Assembly: GCF_963506605.1 (NCBI RefSeq) | Contig: NC_083280.1 | Coordinates: forward strand, 42,656,001-42,720,000 | DNA length: 64,000 bases | Direction: 5' to 3' | Source: Zootoca vivipara | Lineage: Eukaryota | Part shown: piece after piece, positions 15,030 through 25,801 of the stretch | Layout of the letters: every line of letters begins with the position of its first letter | Numbering within the stretch: the stretch's first letter is position 1 | The notes under the pieces: model-generated | Databases searched by the model: none | What the model saw: only the letters and a program-made list of their open reading frames with translations | What the model was told of the DNA's origin: nothing | Program-made: the position numbers and the translations under genes

Positions 15030-18000
15030 ATATGGGAAAATGTGGCCAGAGACTTTGGATATTGGAAACAATATTTCTTTTCCTTTACAGGATGGGCAGT
15101 GTCTGATGGCAGCCCAGAGAAGGCTTGTTGCACTCCTCATGGCCTTTGTCTGCTCACTGCCAAGGAATGTGAGTCCTGGGGAAGATTTGGAGGGCGGGGG
15201 GAGGTTGCCTCATGGCTGAGAGAATGGATCTGCCCATCCTGCCTTGTGTGCCTGATCCCTAGGCAAGTGATGTTGGGAGCCGGCAGCTTGAAGCTCTGCT
15301 GTTGCCTCCATGCCTCCCCACGCTCTGGTTTCCTTTCAGGTTCCAATTCCTCAGCAAGACCGCTTGCTACGTGAACTGCTAGCCCTGAGCTGCTCCTGTG
15401 ACTGCCCTTTCACTGCCACAGCTGCTGCCAAATGCTTTGCAGGACTGGTTAACAAGCACCCAGCAGGTAACCGATGGAGCAATAGCCTGTGTCTCTCCTA
15501 GGACTGAAGGGTTGGGGGTGTTGTTCAGAGGCTTGTGAAACCTCAGAGCTGGGCTGTGTTAAGTGATGCCCTTCTTGACTGATGCATGAAGTTGCATGGA
15601 ACAACAGTCAGTCTCTTTACCCTTTCCAGGGCCTCAATTAGATGAGCTGTTGGAGTTGGCCATGAACAAGTTGGAGCATGGTCTGAATGAGGGTTCTCAT
15701 CAAAGCCAGGCCCTCACTCTGCTGCTGTGGGTGAGTTTCTGCCATCCCCCATCCCTCCCATGTCTGCCAGAAACAGAGCTCAATGTGGCTTTATTTTTGC
15801 CCTGCAGGTGAGCAAGGCTTTGTTGCTACGCTATCACCCGCTAACCACACACCTGACGGACAAGGTGAGCTTCTGGGAAAGGCCTGGGACCCTCAGGAAG
15901 GCCACTGTGCCCTTACCACATTGAATGGCTCCTGTCCTTTACCCTACAGCTCCTCGTGCTTTTGGGGGACACGGTCCTTGGCCCTGCGGTGGGCGATGGC
16001 CTTGCCTTGCTTATGGCCGACTCCCCAGATGTGCTGGGCAAGAGCTGCCATGCTGAGGTGCGCCTCATGTTTCGCCAGCGCTTCTTCACAGAGTGTGTGC
16101 CGCAGTTGGTGCAGGGTTTCCACACAGCAGCTCCTGGTAAGAATTTCCTCTGTCCCATTCCTTACGGAAATCATCTGAATTAACAGGAGGAGCACAGTTG
16201 GAATAATGGTCAAATTGAAATGGAGAAGCTACTGCAGCATTTTAGCAATTTTTTTGTCTGCAGAAATTGTGGACTCCTTGCATGACCTGCCTTTTGTAGC
16301 CCTCTTTGGACAGCAGGAGCTTTTGAACCCTCGACAACAAGAGGAGCAGTTCGAGCCTCTTGCCTTTTTCTTCCTCTTCCCCGACCCCTCGGAGTTTCTG
16401 GAGATGATTTTGGGTAGGAGAGCTCAAAACTGTGAGCTTGCCTACTCAGCCTTGCCCTTCTGTTCTTCCTAGATGTGAAGGCGAATTACCTGAAAGGCCT
16501 GTCTCACATACTGAACCACCTGCCCAAACCAGTGCTAGTGACAGAGCTGCCTACGGTGAGTGTGCAGCAGTGCTGAGCACCAAGCCCTAAGAACTCTTGG
16601 GAATTATTTTGGAGAAGAATGATGCCCCCCTCTTTTAGCTAGGATAGCTCAGTTGGTTAGAGCATGGTGCAGATGATGCCGGCTCAGTCCTTGTAAGGGA
16701 CAGCTGCATTGCAGGAAGTTGGACTAAATGATCCTTAGGGTCACTTCCAACTCTACAATTCTGTTGATTCCATGACTCTACCCTCTTATCCCCCAGTTGC
16801 TACCTCTCCTGCTGGAAGCTCTGTCGTGTCCTGACCTTGTGGTGCAGCTCTCAACTTTGCACTGCCTACAGCCGCTGTTGCTCGAGGCGCCACATGTCAT
16901 GAGCCTGCACATTGACACACTCGTGGGCAAATTTATCAGCCTGACAGACAACCCTGCTATGGTGAGTACTGGGTAGCCTCTTTATGCAGCTGGATACTCC
17001 TGGTTTCCTCCTGGATGGTCAGTGGAAGACTAAATGTACCGTTTATATTGCAGGCAATCCGCATTGCTGCGCTACAGTGCCTCCATGCACTTGCCTCCCT
17101 CCCCACTCCGGTGGTAAGTAATGGATCTGCCCGATAGCTTGCCAGATGCTCCAACAGGGTAGTTCATTTGCCTTACTTGTGCCAAGATCTACTTGTCTCC
17201 TGTTGCTAGCAGAAACAGGTATTAAGACCTCCATGGGAACTGTGGGAACCTCATTGATGGTGGCTTCTGCTTGCTACCAGGTGATACCTTACAAGTCACG
17301 GGTGATTCGAGCCCTAGCCAAACCCTTGGATGACAAGAAGCGCCTGGTGCGGAAGGAAGCTGTGGCAGCACGAGGAGAATGGTGAGCAGGACTCTTTCTC
17401 TTGGGGGACAGTGTAGAAAAAACAGTACCAACTTTAATACACTGTGCAGTGGTACCTTGGGTTAAGTACCTAACCCATTCCTGGGTGCCGTTTGCACCCC
17501 GAAAAGTACTTAACCTGAGCGGCGCTTTAGCATGTGTGCAAATCGCTGATAGAGGGCTTCTGCGCACATGCAAATTGCGCAGAATGCTTCTGCGCATGCA
17601 TGCGGGGCGGAACCCGGAAGTAAACTTCTGAGTCCGCCGAGTACGCAACCTGAAAGTACGCAACCCACAGCGTACTCAACCCGAGGTGTGACTGTAGTTG
17701 CTCGACTCGGCTGTCCTTGAGGCTCACTGTAATTACATTGGAGGTAGGATAACATATCCTTGTACAGATGGGATGAAGCCATTTTGATTGAGCGTAGAGG
17801 TTTGGATTAATAACTTGGGTTCTGACTAAGCAATCAGGGTGGGGGGAAATTTATAAGGAAGACTGGAAAAAATGTAGAATATCTGAATTATTGTAAACAC
17901 ATAAAAATGTTAACAGTAATAGAATAAATTCAGCAGTAAGAAATATTTTGATATAAAACTGGGAAAACGAGAATGGGGGGAAATAGAATATGTAGCAGAA

Positions 18001-18221
18001 AAGAGTTAATAAAATGAACCAGGGATGGGAGGGGGAAGGGAAGTCAAGGATAAAAGTAGGTTTTGTATTTGGGTGTAAGGTTGTGTTTAAATTTGTAAAA
18101 AAATGAAAATGGTATTTGTTTATAAATAAAAAGGGTTCCCTTTGTTCATGCCTTGCTGCTGCTAAAGCCTGCTGTGGTGTTCTTTTTCTTCAGGTTTCTG
18201 CTTGGGACACCTGCCAGGTGA
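531..18221 (+). CDS. MMS19: MMS19 cytosolic iron-sulfur assembly (CIA) targeting factor, HEAT-repeat protein; 5'-partial (exon 1 upstream of window)
   Basis: 30 GT-AG exons in continuous frame: 531-579, 2721-2821, 3756-3841, 4819-4893, 5827-5896, 5989-6117, 6436-6497, 6660-6746, 8337-8411, 8682-8759, 9319-9457, 9789-9943, 10161-10239, 11114-11239, 11563-11644, 12566-12663, 13004-13135, 13942-14097, 14382-14481, 14857-14959, 15091-15168, 15340-15466, 15630-15730, 15808-15864, 15950-16136, 16473-16555, 16797-16961, 17054-17113, 17281-17381, 18194-18221 (TGA). Recognisable peptides: FGFIQVMDGEKDPRNLL, ELFEVTSCYFPIDFTPP, LDDKKRLVRKEAVAARGEWFLLG. Confidence 0.96.
617..667 (+). repeat. (ATGT)n microsatellite
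   Basis: ~12.75 perfect ATGT units in MMS19 intron. Confidence 0.95.
2325..2510 (-). mobile_element. tRNA-derived squamate SINE
   Basis: Reverse complement begins GGCTGTAGCTCAGTGGAAGAGCACTTG...GGTCCCAGGTTCAATCCCC (Pol III A/B boxes). Same family as the outer SINE at 13267-13692. Confidence 0.75.
4276..4601 (-). mobile_element. Sauria SINE (lacertid type)
   Basis: Minus strand reads GGGACGCGGGTGGTGCTGTGGGTTAAACC...GGTTCGAATCCCCGCGACGGGGTGAGC and ends in an (ACCTTT)n-type tail. 12-bp TSD TTATAGGGATTA at 4264-4275 and 4602-4613. Confidence 0.9.
6886..7046 (-). mobile_element. L2-like LINE 3' end fragment with (AAT)n tail
   Basis: Matches the copies at 14640-14798 (+) and 58040-58330 (-): ...GCCACTCTG(G/A)GCAGCT...AAACATCAAACATTAAAAACTTCCCT. 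Family assignment from recall. Confidence 0.6.
7454..7720. mobile_element. Tigger/pogo-like MITE, right end truncated
   Basis: TA followed by CAGTGGTACCTCGCTAGACGAA terminus; related to 41640-41910. Confidence 0.75.
8870..9134. mobile_element. Tc2/mariner-like MITE
   Basis: TA-flanked imperfect TIRs CCGTATTGGCCTGAATATAAGCC / GGCATATATTTGTGCCAATACAG; internal GGCTTATATT repeats. Confidence 0.75.
10534..10773. mobile_element. Degenerate palindromic MITE (possibly PIF/Harbinger-like)
   Basis: Imperfect inverted ends (CCTTTAAAGCAGTATCATATCACCTTAAACA / TGTTTGAAGTGGTATGAGAATGCTTTAAATG). Confidence 0.5.
13349..13590 (+). mobile_element. tRNA-Ile-like SINE with CR1-type tail
   Basis: CTCAGTTGGTTAAAGTGTGGTGCTGATAATGGCAAGGTTGCAGGTTCGATCCC head; tail GATGATCCCCAGGGTCCCTTCCAACCCTACAATT. 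Other copies at 16644-16772 and 30634-30922. Confidence 0.8.
13442..13530. mobile_element. 89-bp hAT MITE
   Basis: TIR C(G/A)TAGCTGCCAAGTT / AACTTGGCAGCTATG; 8-bp TSD GCAGGGGG (13434-13441, 13531-13538). Near-identical copy at 29296-29385. Confidence 0.9.
14640..14798 (+). mobile_element. L2-like LINE 3' end fragment
   Basis: Reverse-complement match to 58040-58330 and 6886-7046. Confidence 0.6.
14981..15028 (+). repeat. (CTG)16 microsatellite in 131-nt MMS19 intron
   Basis: 16 perfect CTG units within intron 14960-15090. Confidence 0.97.
16644..16772 (+). mobile_element. tRNA-Ile-like SINE, internally deleted
   Basis: TAGCTCAGTTGGTTAGAGCATGGTG head and CCTTAGGGTCACTTCCAACTCTACAATTC tail. 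Confidence 0.75.
17447..17694. mobile_element. Tigger/pogo-like MITE
   Basis: CAGTGGTACCTTGGGTTAAGTAC ... GTACTCAACCCGAGGTGTGACTG followed by TA; CpG-rich interior. Confidence 0.8.
17760..18132 (+). mobile_element. Probable L1-like LINE 3' end remnant
   Basis: A-rich degenerate sequence, then a G-rich stretch, a T-rich stretch and AATAAAAA, as in squamate L1 3' UTRs. Confidence 0.4.
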
Positions 18222-18472
18222 AGGTTCACACTGCAAATCCTGATTGACAATCTCACCTGCCCCCACTCACCTGGTAAGCTGTCGGCCTTGATGTCCTGGG
18301 ACCTAGATTTCCAGCAAGGCTCTGGGCAGAAGAGGACTTTTTTGTGGACTGCCCTTTCTTAATCACATCAGCGTTCAGTAGGAAGGAACAGCCGGCCCCT
18401 GTTCCTGCTGCAGTGCGGTAGTGAGTGGAGGTGGCAGGACCCCCGTATATTATGTATGTATGGGGCCAGAAG

Positions 18473-18478
18473 AATAAA
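18473..18478 (+). terminator. MMS19 polyadenylation signal
   Basis: AATAAA ~250 nt after the stop codon; a second one at 18991-18996. Confidence 0.6.
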
Positions 18479-19264
18479 AACTTGTTTGCTAACAACCTCT
18501 GGCAAAAGTGCTTCTTGTGGGGAAGTAGTAGAAATAAGGGCCTTGCCTTCGCCTTATATTAAGTCCAGCTTCCCCACCTTCCTGCCATAATGGTGTATGT
18601 GTACAGAGAGATTTTTCATGTGCTAATAGAACTAAAGCCTACTGCATGAACTTAGCACCTCTCATGCAAAGATCAAACAGTGAATTACTTTGATACAGAA
18701 TATTTCTGAATACAAGTTGCAAGAGCTGAGCCTAGGTGTCTAGGTGTTTTTCATGCTAGTTTGCTGGAGAAATCTAGCAAACTAGCATAGGAAGATACTG
18801 ACTGATCTGGTATGCCTTTTTCTGTAAGTACAGGCTGCTGGTGGTTTACTTTCTTGATTATCAGCCACTGGTATTAAATTGGTGAAGCTGCAGCTGCCTT
18901 GGGAGTAAGATGAGTTCAGAAATCCACCTGGGCCCCTGTGTGGCATTCTGCAATGAGGTGGTGGTTTGCTTGTTTGGAAAGTGTTCGACAAATAAAGTTT
19001 TTAAAGAGTGTCACTACTGCCCATCTGAATTTTATACATGGCATCAAAGGTTACAGCTCCCTAGTTCCTCTGCTGTGTCTTTCCAGTGACAACCCTCATT
19101 AATGAACATAGTAGAACTGCATTTGAAAATCAATGAAAGTACATGACTGGCCATGACATAGCGCGTTGTACCTGCTGGGAAACAGCTAAGCCTCAGTAGT
19201 AGAGAGTCCATGCTTTACCCTTCCTGGGTGTAAGACTTTTGCTGGCAAGGTACCTACTCTTGAA

Positions 19265-19399
19265 TAGCATTTCTCAAACTTGGGTCCCCAGCTGTTGTTG
19301 GACTACAACTCCCACCATCCCTAGCTAGCAGGATCAGTGGTCAGGGATGATGGGAATTGTAGTCCAACATCATTTGGGATCAAGGTTTGAGAAACACTG
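19265..19399. mobile_element. hAT-type palindromic MITE
   Basis: TTTCTCAAACTT / AAGGTTTGAGAAACACTG ends with the GGACTACAACTCCC / GGGAATTGTAGTCC hairpin core shared by the other MITEs. Confidence 0.7.
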
Positions 19400-20084
19400 G
19401 TCTAGCCATTGACCACACACACCTTAACTTGAATTAATGGTGGGGCCTGGGGCTGTGTTGAAGGCCTAATCACTCTTATTAAGTAGATGGTTGCAAAGAA
19501 AGCAGTGCTTAATGGCATATGTCCCATGGCTATTATAACGGAACCCCTCACCATACACTTCTCAGGGCTGCTTTTCATACATGCTCCATAGCTGAATTTC
19601 AGGTAGTCAAACAAAACCAGTCCTGCATAGCACCCCTCCCCCTTAATCCTACTATGCACCACTAGCTCTGGACTACTCATAAATTATTTGTACAAACATG
19701 GAAGGGCAGAACACAGAGAGGTAGTGTCAGCTTCTCATGTTGCTGCTTCGAAAGGGCTACAGAAATCTGCAGTTTGGTGAGAGGTCAACAGAGTGAAAAA
19801 TTGGCAATGGTGCATATACAAGAGTAGGGACAATCTGTGGCCTTTGAAAGATATTTTTAGACTTCAACCCAAGGCCTTACACCTAATGGCCGGGACCAAC
19901 AAAATCTCTTAAGACCTACAGCTATCTGTAAAAGCAGCATTAGTCTTGTACACTGCCTGGAATCTGTTATGAAAAGACAGTTGTGAGCTACAGGGAGATC
20001 AATCAGTTTCTTAAGATATTGCCACCATTGTCTCCCTTCTCTTCAGCTAAAGAGGAACTGATGCCACACCATATTAAAATGATT

Positions 20085-20090
20085 TTTATT
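20085..20090 (-). terminator. ZDHHC16 polyadenylation signal
   Basis: TTTATT on + (AATAAA on -) ~370 nt after the stop codon. Confidence 0.55.
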
Positions 20091-20462
20091 TCCGTTTAAA
20101 AAATCCCTGCCTACATAGTGGAAGAGTAACAAGACCCTGGCATACCAGCCAGGGGCCTGAGATGGGGGGGGGGCATATTGCTCCTTCCTCCACCACTACC
20201 AGGAATACCAATACTTCATCCTACATAGGCTGGATTATGTGGGCAAGACATGGCTGTCTCACCGCAGCTGCCTGCAGCTGGGGGGGGTGGCTTTTTCACC
20301 TTCATCCTAAGACTGCTGGAGCAGTTTGCTGCAGCTGGTGCAATTGTGGCATGTGAGGTCACCAGCACCTCGGGGAACTAAGCTGTCCATTGTGCTGCTC
20401 CTTGAAAGCAGCCTGTGGTTTCCAGTCTTCCAGCAGCTGGTCAACTCTGCCCTTTATCGAAC

Positions 20463-23400
20463 TCAAATTGTCAAGAGAGGAGTCTTCTGTTGCACAATGC
20501 AGGGTGGAGTGTCCCAAGTCAGGCCAGATCCATAGGGGCTGTGTGTGGAGGGTAGTAGAACTCGGGTGACCCAGTGCCTAGAAAAGAGAACATCTTTCAA
20601 TGAGTAAATGGAACACAGGAAGACATTTACAGGCTTGCTAGTATATTCCGAGCAAGCATTTTCCAGATTACAGAGAACCTAGAGGGCTACAGCATTACTG
20701 TGGAATGCAAAATAAGCAGCTTCAGCTGTGCTAATGGTACCTTGCTTCATCAAGATCTAGCTAATCCCAGCCACCCTATTATCCAAAAGACAGGGCAGAT
20801 GTAGAGTATACCAGTTGCACATTTCCCATTCTCACCTCTGTGTCTCCACACCCAGGAAAACCTTCCAATTTCCCAAAGGACCATAGTTGTATGGGTTTCG
20901 GAAGACCTAGAGCAAATGGAAAAGTAGCATGAAATTATATTCTGCTAGGTGGTTCTAGCATATTTATTCATATTTCCATTCTGCATAGCAACCCCTCTTG
21001 GGAAAATCTGACTACAGTCAAACTTCAGAATTATTCAAATGGTCAAAAATAAGTGCAACGGAATCATACCCTGAAAAAAGTATCCCTGTTTATAAGTAGC
21101 TGAGTTCTATATAATTAATTAAAATTAAATTAATTCAAATTAATTCAAATAAAATATTAAAAGAAAAAGTATATTCAAATGCATGCCTGATTAAAAATAG
21201 TTTTGTGCTTTCTGGAAGCCGGAGAATAACAGGGTCAACTCAAGAGGAAGTTTGTTTATACAGGAAGGGGCTGCAGGAGAAAAGGCCCTGTTTTAGGTAT
21301 TTTTCTAACTAAACACCCTGAACTGATGGAACTCTAGCGTGACACACACATCAAGCAAATAGGTGTGCTCAGCTGTTCTGCCTCCATCCCCCCCCCCAAT
21401 TGAAGGTTGAGCCTTGCCCTCCTCACCTTGCCCTTCAATCGGAGTCTCTTTCTTTCTTTGCGGTTTATGTGCCTTTCAATGCTGGTCTCACCACGAGTGA
21501 TGAGGACAGAATGCCAGAGCATGAGAGCGCCCAGTGCCAAGGCTACTGAACTGCAGGGAAATGAACAGAGGAATGTTGTAGCGGATGGACAAACACAAAG
21601 TAGCTGAAATAGCTGGAGCAAGTTGCTTATTATCTCTCACTGATAGCTGGATGAGGCTTTTGCAGAGAGCAGAGAATAAGATAGCTAGAAAGCTCTGTGC
21701 TCCGGAGGCTGACTTGGCAGCTTTCTCAAAGCATTCCGGAGAGACTTGCCCCTCCTCTTCCCCATGAGCACCAAACAACCAGATCAGTTACCTGCAGAGG
21801 ACCCAGGCATAGACTATACTCTTGTGGAAAGCTCGCTGGCGGAAGGAGAAGGTGGGTGGTGGTGTCTGAGAGTAAGTCTGCAAGGAAAAAGCAGATGTTG
21901 CGGTGGCCAGAGATGTGAGGATGCAGCGAAGGATGCTGTGACCCCAAACCGATGAGATGTGGAGGTCTTTCAAGGACAAATGGGTGGACAGACAGCACAG
22001 CACAAGACAGACACCTCCTGAGAGGCAAGGGTCTTGATCATGAATCAGCGATGGGGCAGAGCATGGGTACTGGGGTTCAATACTCACTTCCCTTACTCCC
22101 CATTCATACATTATCTTTTGGAAGACCAAAATACAGCGTAACTTAGCCAGTTGGCAAACAATTCCTCCCCTCGATGGCACAACCAACCGCAGATGAATAG
22201 GCTTGGGCTCCCTTAGGAGGAAGAAGGGAAGGAGTGATTCTGCCCAGGAAAGGGAATCTGAGCAGTCACAGCCACGGCTTTAAGAGTCAATTCCTGGGGC
22301 AGAGCAGCAAGCTCCCCTGCCATGCTCTGCCCTGTCCCTGACTTGAGCAGCGGAGCAGCAGGTACCCCACCTGATTGGCTGTCACGTGCAGTCTCCCCTT
22401 GTCAAGCAGTTTCATTTTCTATCGGATGGAAAAGAGGCTGCCAGTTACACACACTCAGTTTCTCCTCGGCCTATGTAACTCCTCGTGCAGTTCTCCAGGC
22501 CAGGAGGAAGAGCCCCTCCCCCTCCACTGAGAAAGCACACCCCCCCTCCCATGCCACCATGTGCCCAGACCCCAGTTCAGCCAGAAACCTCACCTCAATG
22601 GCAGCATAGGCCTCCCAGAATAGGTCCCAGCCGCTGACGCTGCTGTAGATGCATCCCATGGTCATGAACAGCATGAAGGAGAAGAAGTAGCGGTGGTTGA
22701 AGTGCCCCACGCAGTTGTTCAGCCATGCTGTCCCTTGGGGTTAAAGGTCTGTACAGGCAGGCAAAAATCTCCAACCCTCCTCACCCTGTAACAGGGGATA
22801 GCCAATTCTGGAGCTCCCACCCAAACCGTACTGGTGATTTAATTGATCCTCTGATTATCATGCCACCTGTTGGGGCTCCTCCCAGTTTTGCTGCTCCTTT
22901 CAATTTGGGGGAGTGAGGAGATCTGCTTACTCAGGACACACTTTAATAAAGCCATAACCCAGCAGCCAAGGAGAACAGGGGATGATGCTTCGCATAGGAG
23001 GAACAGCAGTTCTGGCCTAAGAACCATTTCGCTTTGGTGCTGAAACAGGAATGCCCCCTCTGAAATGCGGCTGATTGTTCCTAAAACATTGACTGAGACA
23101 TGCCTCACAGGAGATCTGCCCTTTTCCTCTTCGATGTTGCAAGTTTATCCCCTTACCAGTTAATCTCAAGACATCCTTTACTTTCACTGGGGATATATAT
23201 TATCACTTTGCATATATCATCGCGTTCCTGGGACAAGTGACCTTACAAGAGATCCCCAAGTCAGTCCAGCTATGGGCCTGCAAAAGGATACGGCAGTGAT
23301 GGTCCATCTTCAACACACACCTGTGGAAGGGAAATAGCATTTGCATTAGGGCACTATTGCACACTGGAGATGAGACAGAAGGAGAAGGGGTTGCTGACAG

Positions 23401-25801
23401 TGCAGCACAGCTTAAATATTAAGGAAATGATGCAGCTATGGAACATGACACGGTGCAGCAACACAAGGCAAGAACAAGTCACCACTCGATCCCTTAATGT
23501 GCATGCAAGCAAGAGACCGGCTGAAGGCTGCTTGGCGAGAGCTGGGTACTGGCTGCTCACTGGCCTCAATGCAAAGCCCTCTGCAGTCTTTGGCAATGTT
23601 ACCTTAGTGTAAGGAGACTTCTGCACAAACTTGCAGGTGTTCCTAAAGGTAGAGATGCATATAGTCTATAGATACACAGATGCACCCCAAGGCTACACAG
23701 CATTTGGCAGAATTTAGTTTCTTGACCATGTTTCCTTTTATTAAAAAAAGGCAAGTTTCTAACCTTTATGGCTTGGGAAATAAATCCAAAGGTTTGAGTG
23801 GAGAAAGCAAAGAAACTTCAAAGAGGAGGAGGACTGAGCAGCATTTCCAAAGCTCTGCATAGTCCTTTATCCCTAATCCCACAGGTAGCAGACATTATGC
23901 AAAACAGACATATGCAGTCTGAAGTTCATATTTGCCTAATTTATTCAAACCAAACAATTTTATTTTCCCTCCCATGCCGCTCCTCCTCTATTTATTGCAC
24001 TTTCTTTTTCAGTGCAGAGAAACTATGTTGATGTTCTTACAGGTTATATCTCAACTGAAAGAGTTAGACTGGCAGGCATCCCCAAACTTTGGCCCTCCAG
24101 ATGTTTTGAACTACAATTCCCATCTTCCACGACCACTGGTCCTGTTAGCTAGGGATCATGGGAGTTGTAGGCCAAAACATCTGGAGGGCCGCAGTTTGGG
24201 GATTCCTGAGTTAGAGGGACTCAAAGACTTCAGCATGAGAAACAGGCAACAATTCATCTATGCCCAGATTATTATTGTCATCTCAATTCTGCATCAGAAG
24301 AAACTCTCACTCCATATCCAAAATTATGAAGATCACAAAAGTGTGCAATGAGTCAAGTAGTTATGCTTCCTGCATTCTCGTGCTTTATTCTGAAACATGT
24401 ATTTGGATATTTGGGGGAAATATAAGAGAGAATCACAAGAAGTATATGCCAAAAGGGGAACATGGAGTTCAGAAAGCTTTCTATAATTCTCAGGAGTCTT
24501 TGCCAGACACAGGATTCTACACCAGCTACCACAAGACATTTCATGCTCACATACAATGTGAAAGATAAATGACTCTGGTTATCTGCCTGCCCAAAAAGCA
24601 TCTTTAAAGGGTTCAGGTTTTCACACGTGACACTGGTCTGATACAAGGGGAATGCCCACCTGTTGCAGATGCTGCAGTGGTGGGTCCGGGCAGGCTTCGG
24701 GGAAATACATTTCCTGCAGATGGAGACAGCAGCGACATCGCTCTTCAACTGCTGCTGGAAGGAACATTGGTAGCCTTTAGCGTGGTTGCAAGAGTGTCAT
24801 TGCCCTTACACTAACCCAAAACACACTGGGTGAAGCATATTTGGACATGGGCCCTCTGGAGCTTGCACACAGCGGCAACTCGAGATCAGCCCTTTGTCCA
24901 TAACCTTCTGTGTAAGAGTCACCAATGAAAGAAGAAGTGGTAGGAAATCATGTCCTACCATGGATCTCTGTGTTAAAAAATAAACTTAATAAAAGTGAAA
25001 TCAGAGATATTGGTGCCTCTACCCTACCTGTGGAGGAAAACCGGGCTGAGTAGTGATGGCCATATAGTAGTGGAAGACAATCATGACAAGGTTCCAGTGA
25101 CCATAGATGAAATGCCAGAAGATCCAAGGAAGGGGGTAGGTTTGCAAGACGAGTGGCAAGAGGCAGACATACACTATGGCCACTACTGAGCTGGTCAGAG
25201 TGATCACCAGAGCCACAAACACCTGTTGAGGGGGAAGAGGGAAGGGTCTGAGCCACCAACACACTGCAGACAAGTCTCAGCCCTTCCAATGGAGGAATGT
25301 CTCTGGTGGATGGATCCCCACCCTAAACCCAACTTGGTCTCCCCTTAGTCTGAAGAAAACAGCAGCACGAGGGGACCACCAAAGAATTCAGCGAAGCATC
25401 AGTGCCATCTCCCCCCACATCTGCAAGGTCATGTATCTCTTTGCCCAGCTTAGATGTTTGATGGTGGCTTGAAGCCCGGGGCTCAAACTCTGATTCCTAG
25501 AGCGAAACATGTCTCCAGCAGGCCTGAAGCTGCACTCTGCTGCCTTTCCTCCTGAGATACTCACCACCCCAAACCAGCGGGTGACGTGATCCACCAGCCA
25601 GTAGATGGGCTCAAAGAGGGCGTCGAGAGCAGTGTCGCCATTAGCAAAGGAGTTGTACACCAGGGAGCGCAAACAGAGGCGCCCGTACAGCCAGAGCTGC
25701 CCCACATGCTTAGTCAGCCAGAACCGGCGCCGCTGACCTATCCGCAGGCATTTCAAGAAGAAGCGCATGACAGCGGAGTACATCCTCTGGCGGCTCCTCA
25801 T
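20463..25801 (-). CDS. ZDHHC16: Palmitoyltransferase ZDHHC16 (DHHC domain), 375 aa
   Basis: 10 coding exons (minus): 25801-25565, 25222-25028, 24748-24660, 23320-23292, 22727-22594, 22418-22371, 21877-21792, 21550-21427, 20906-20836, 20577-20463; total 1128 nt. Contains [44 protein letters not shown]. Non-coding first exon donor at 28829/28828. Confidence 0.97.
22728..23291 (-). other. U12-type (minor spliceosome) intron of ZDHHC16
   Basis: 5' ss GTATCCTTT at 23291-23283; branch ACCTTTAAC at 22748-22740; CAG acceptor ~10 nt later with no polypyrimidine tract. Confidence 0.92.
24073..24208. mobile_element. 136-bp hAT MITE (CAGGCATCCCCAAAC family)
   Basis: TIRs CAGGCATCCCCAAACT / AGTTTGGGGATTCCTG; same family as 30740-30875 and 50603-50738. 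Confidence 0.85.

Noticed and set aside
14651-15374. PolyQ/polyL/polyA/polyC ORFs
   Set aside because: Translations of the intronic (CTG)16 tract
21878-22186. Open frame upstream of a ZDHHC16 exon as an extra coding segment
   Set aside because: No phase-compatible acceptor found; the canonical acceptor at 21878 gives the expected exon
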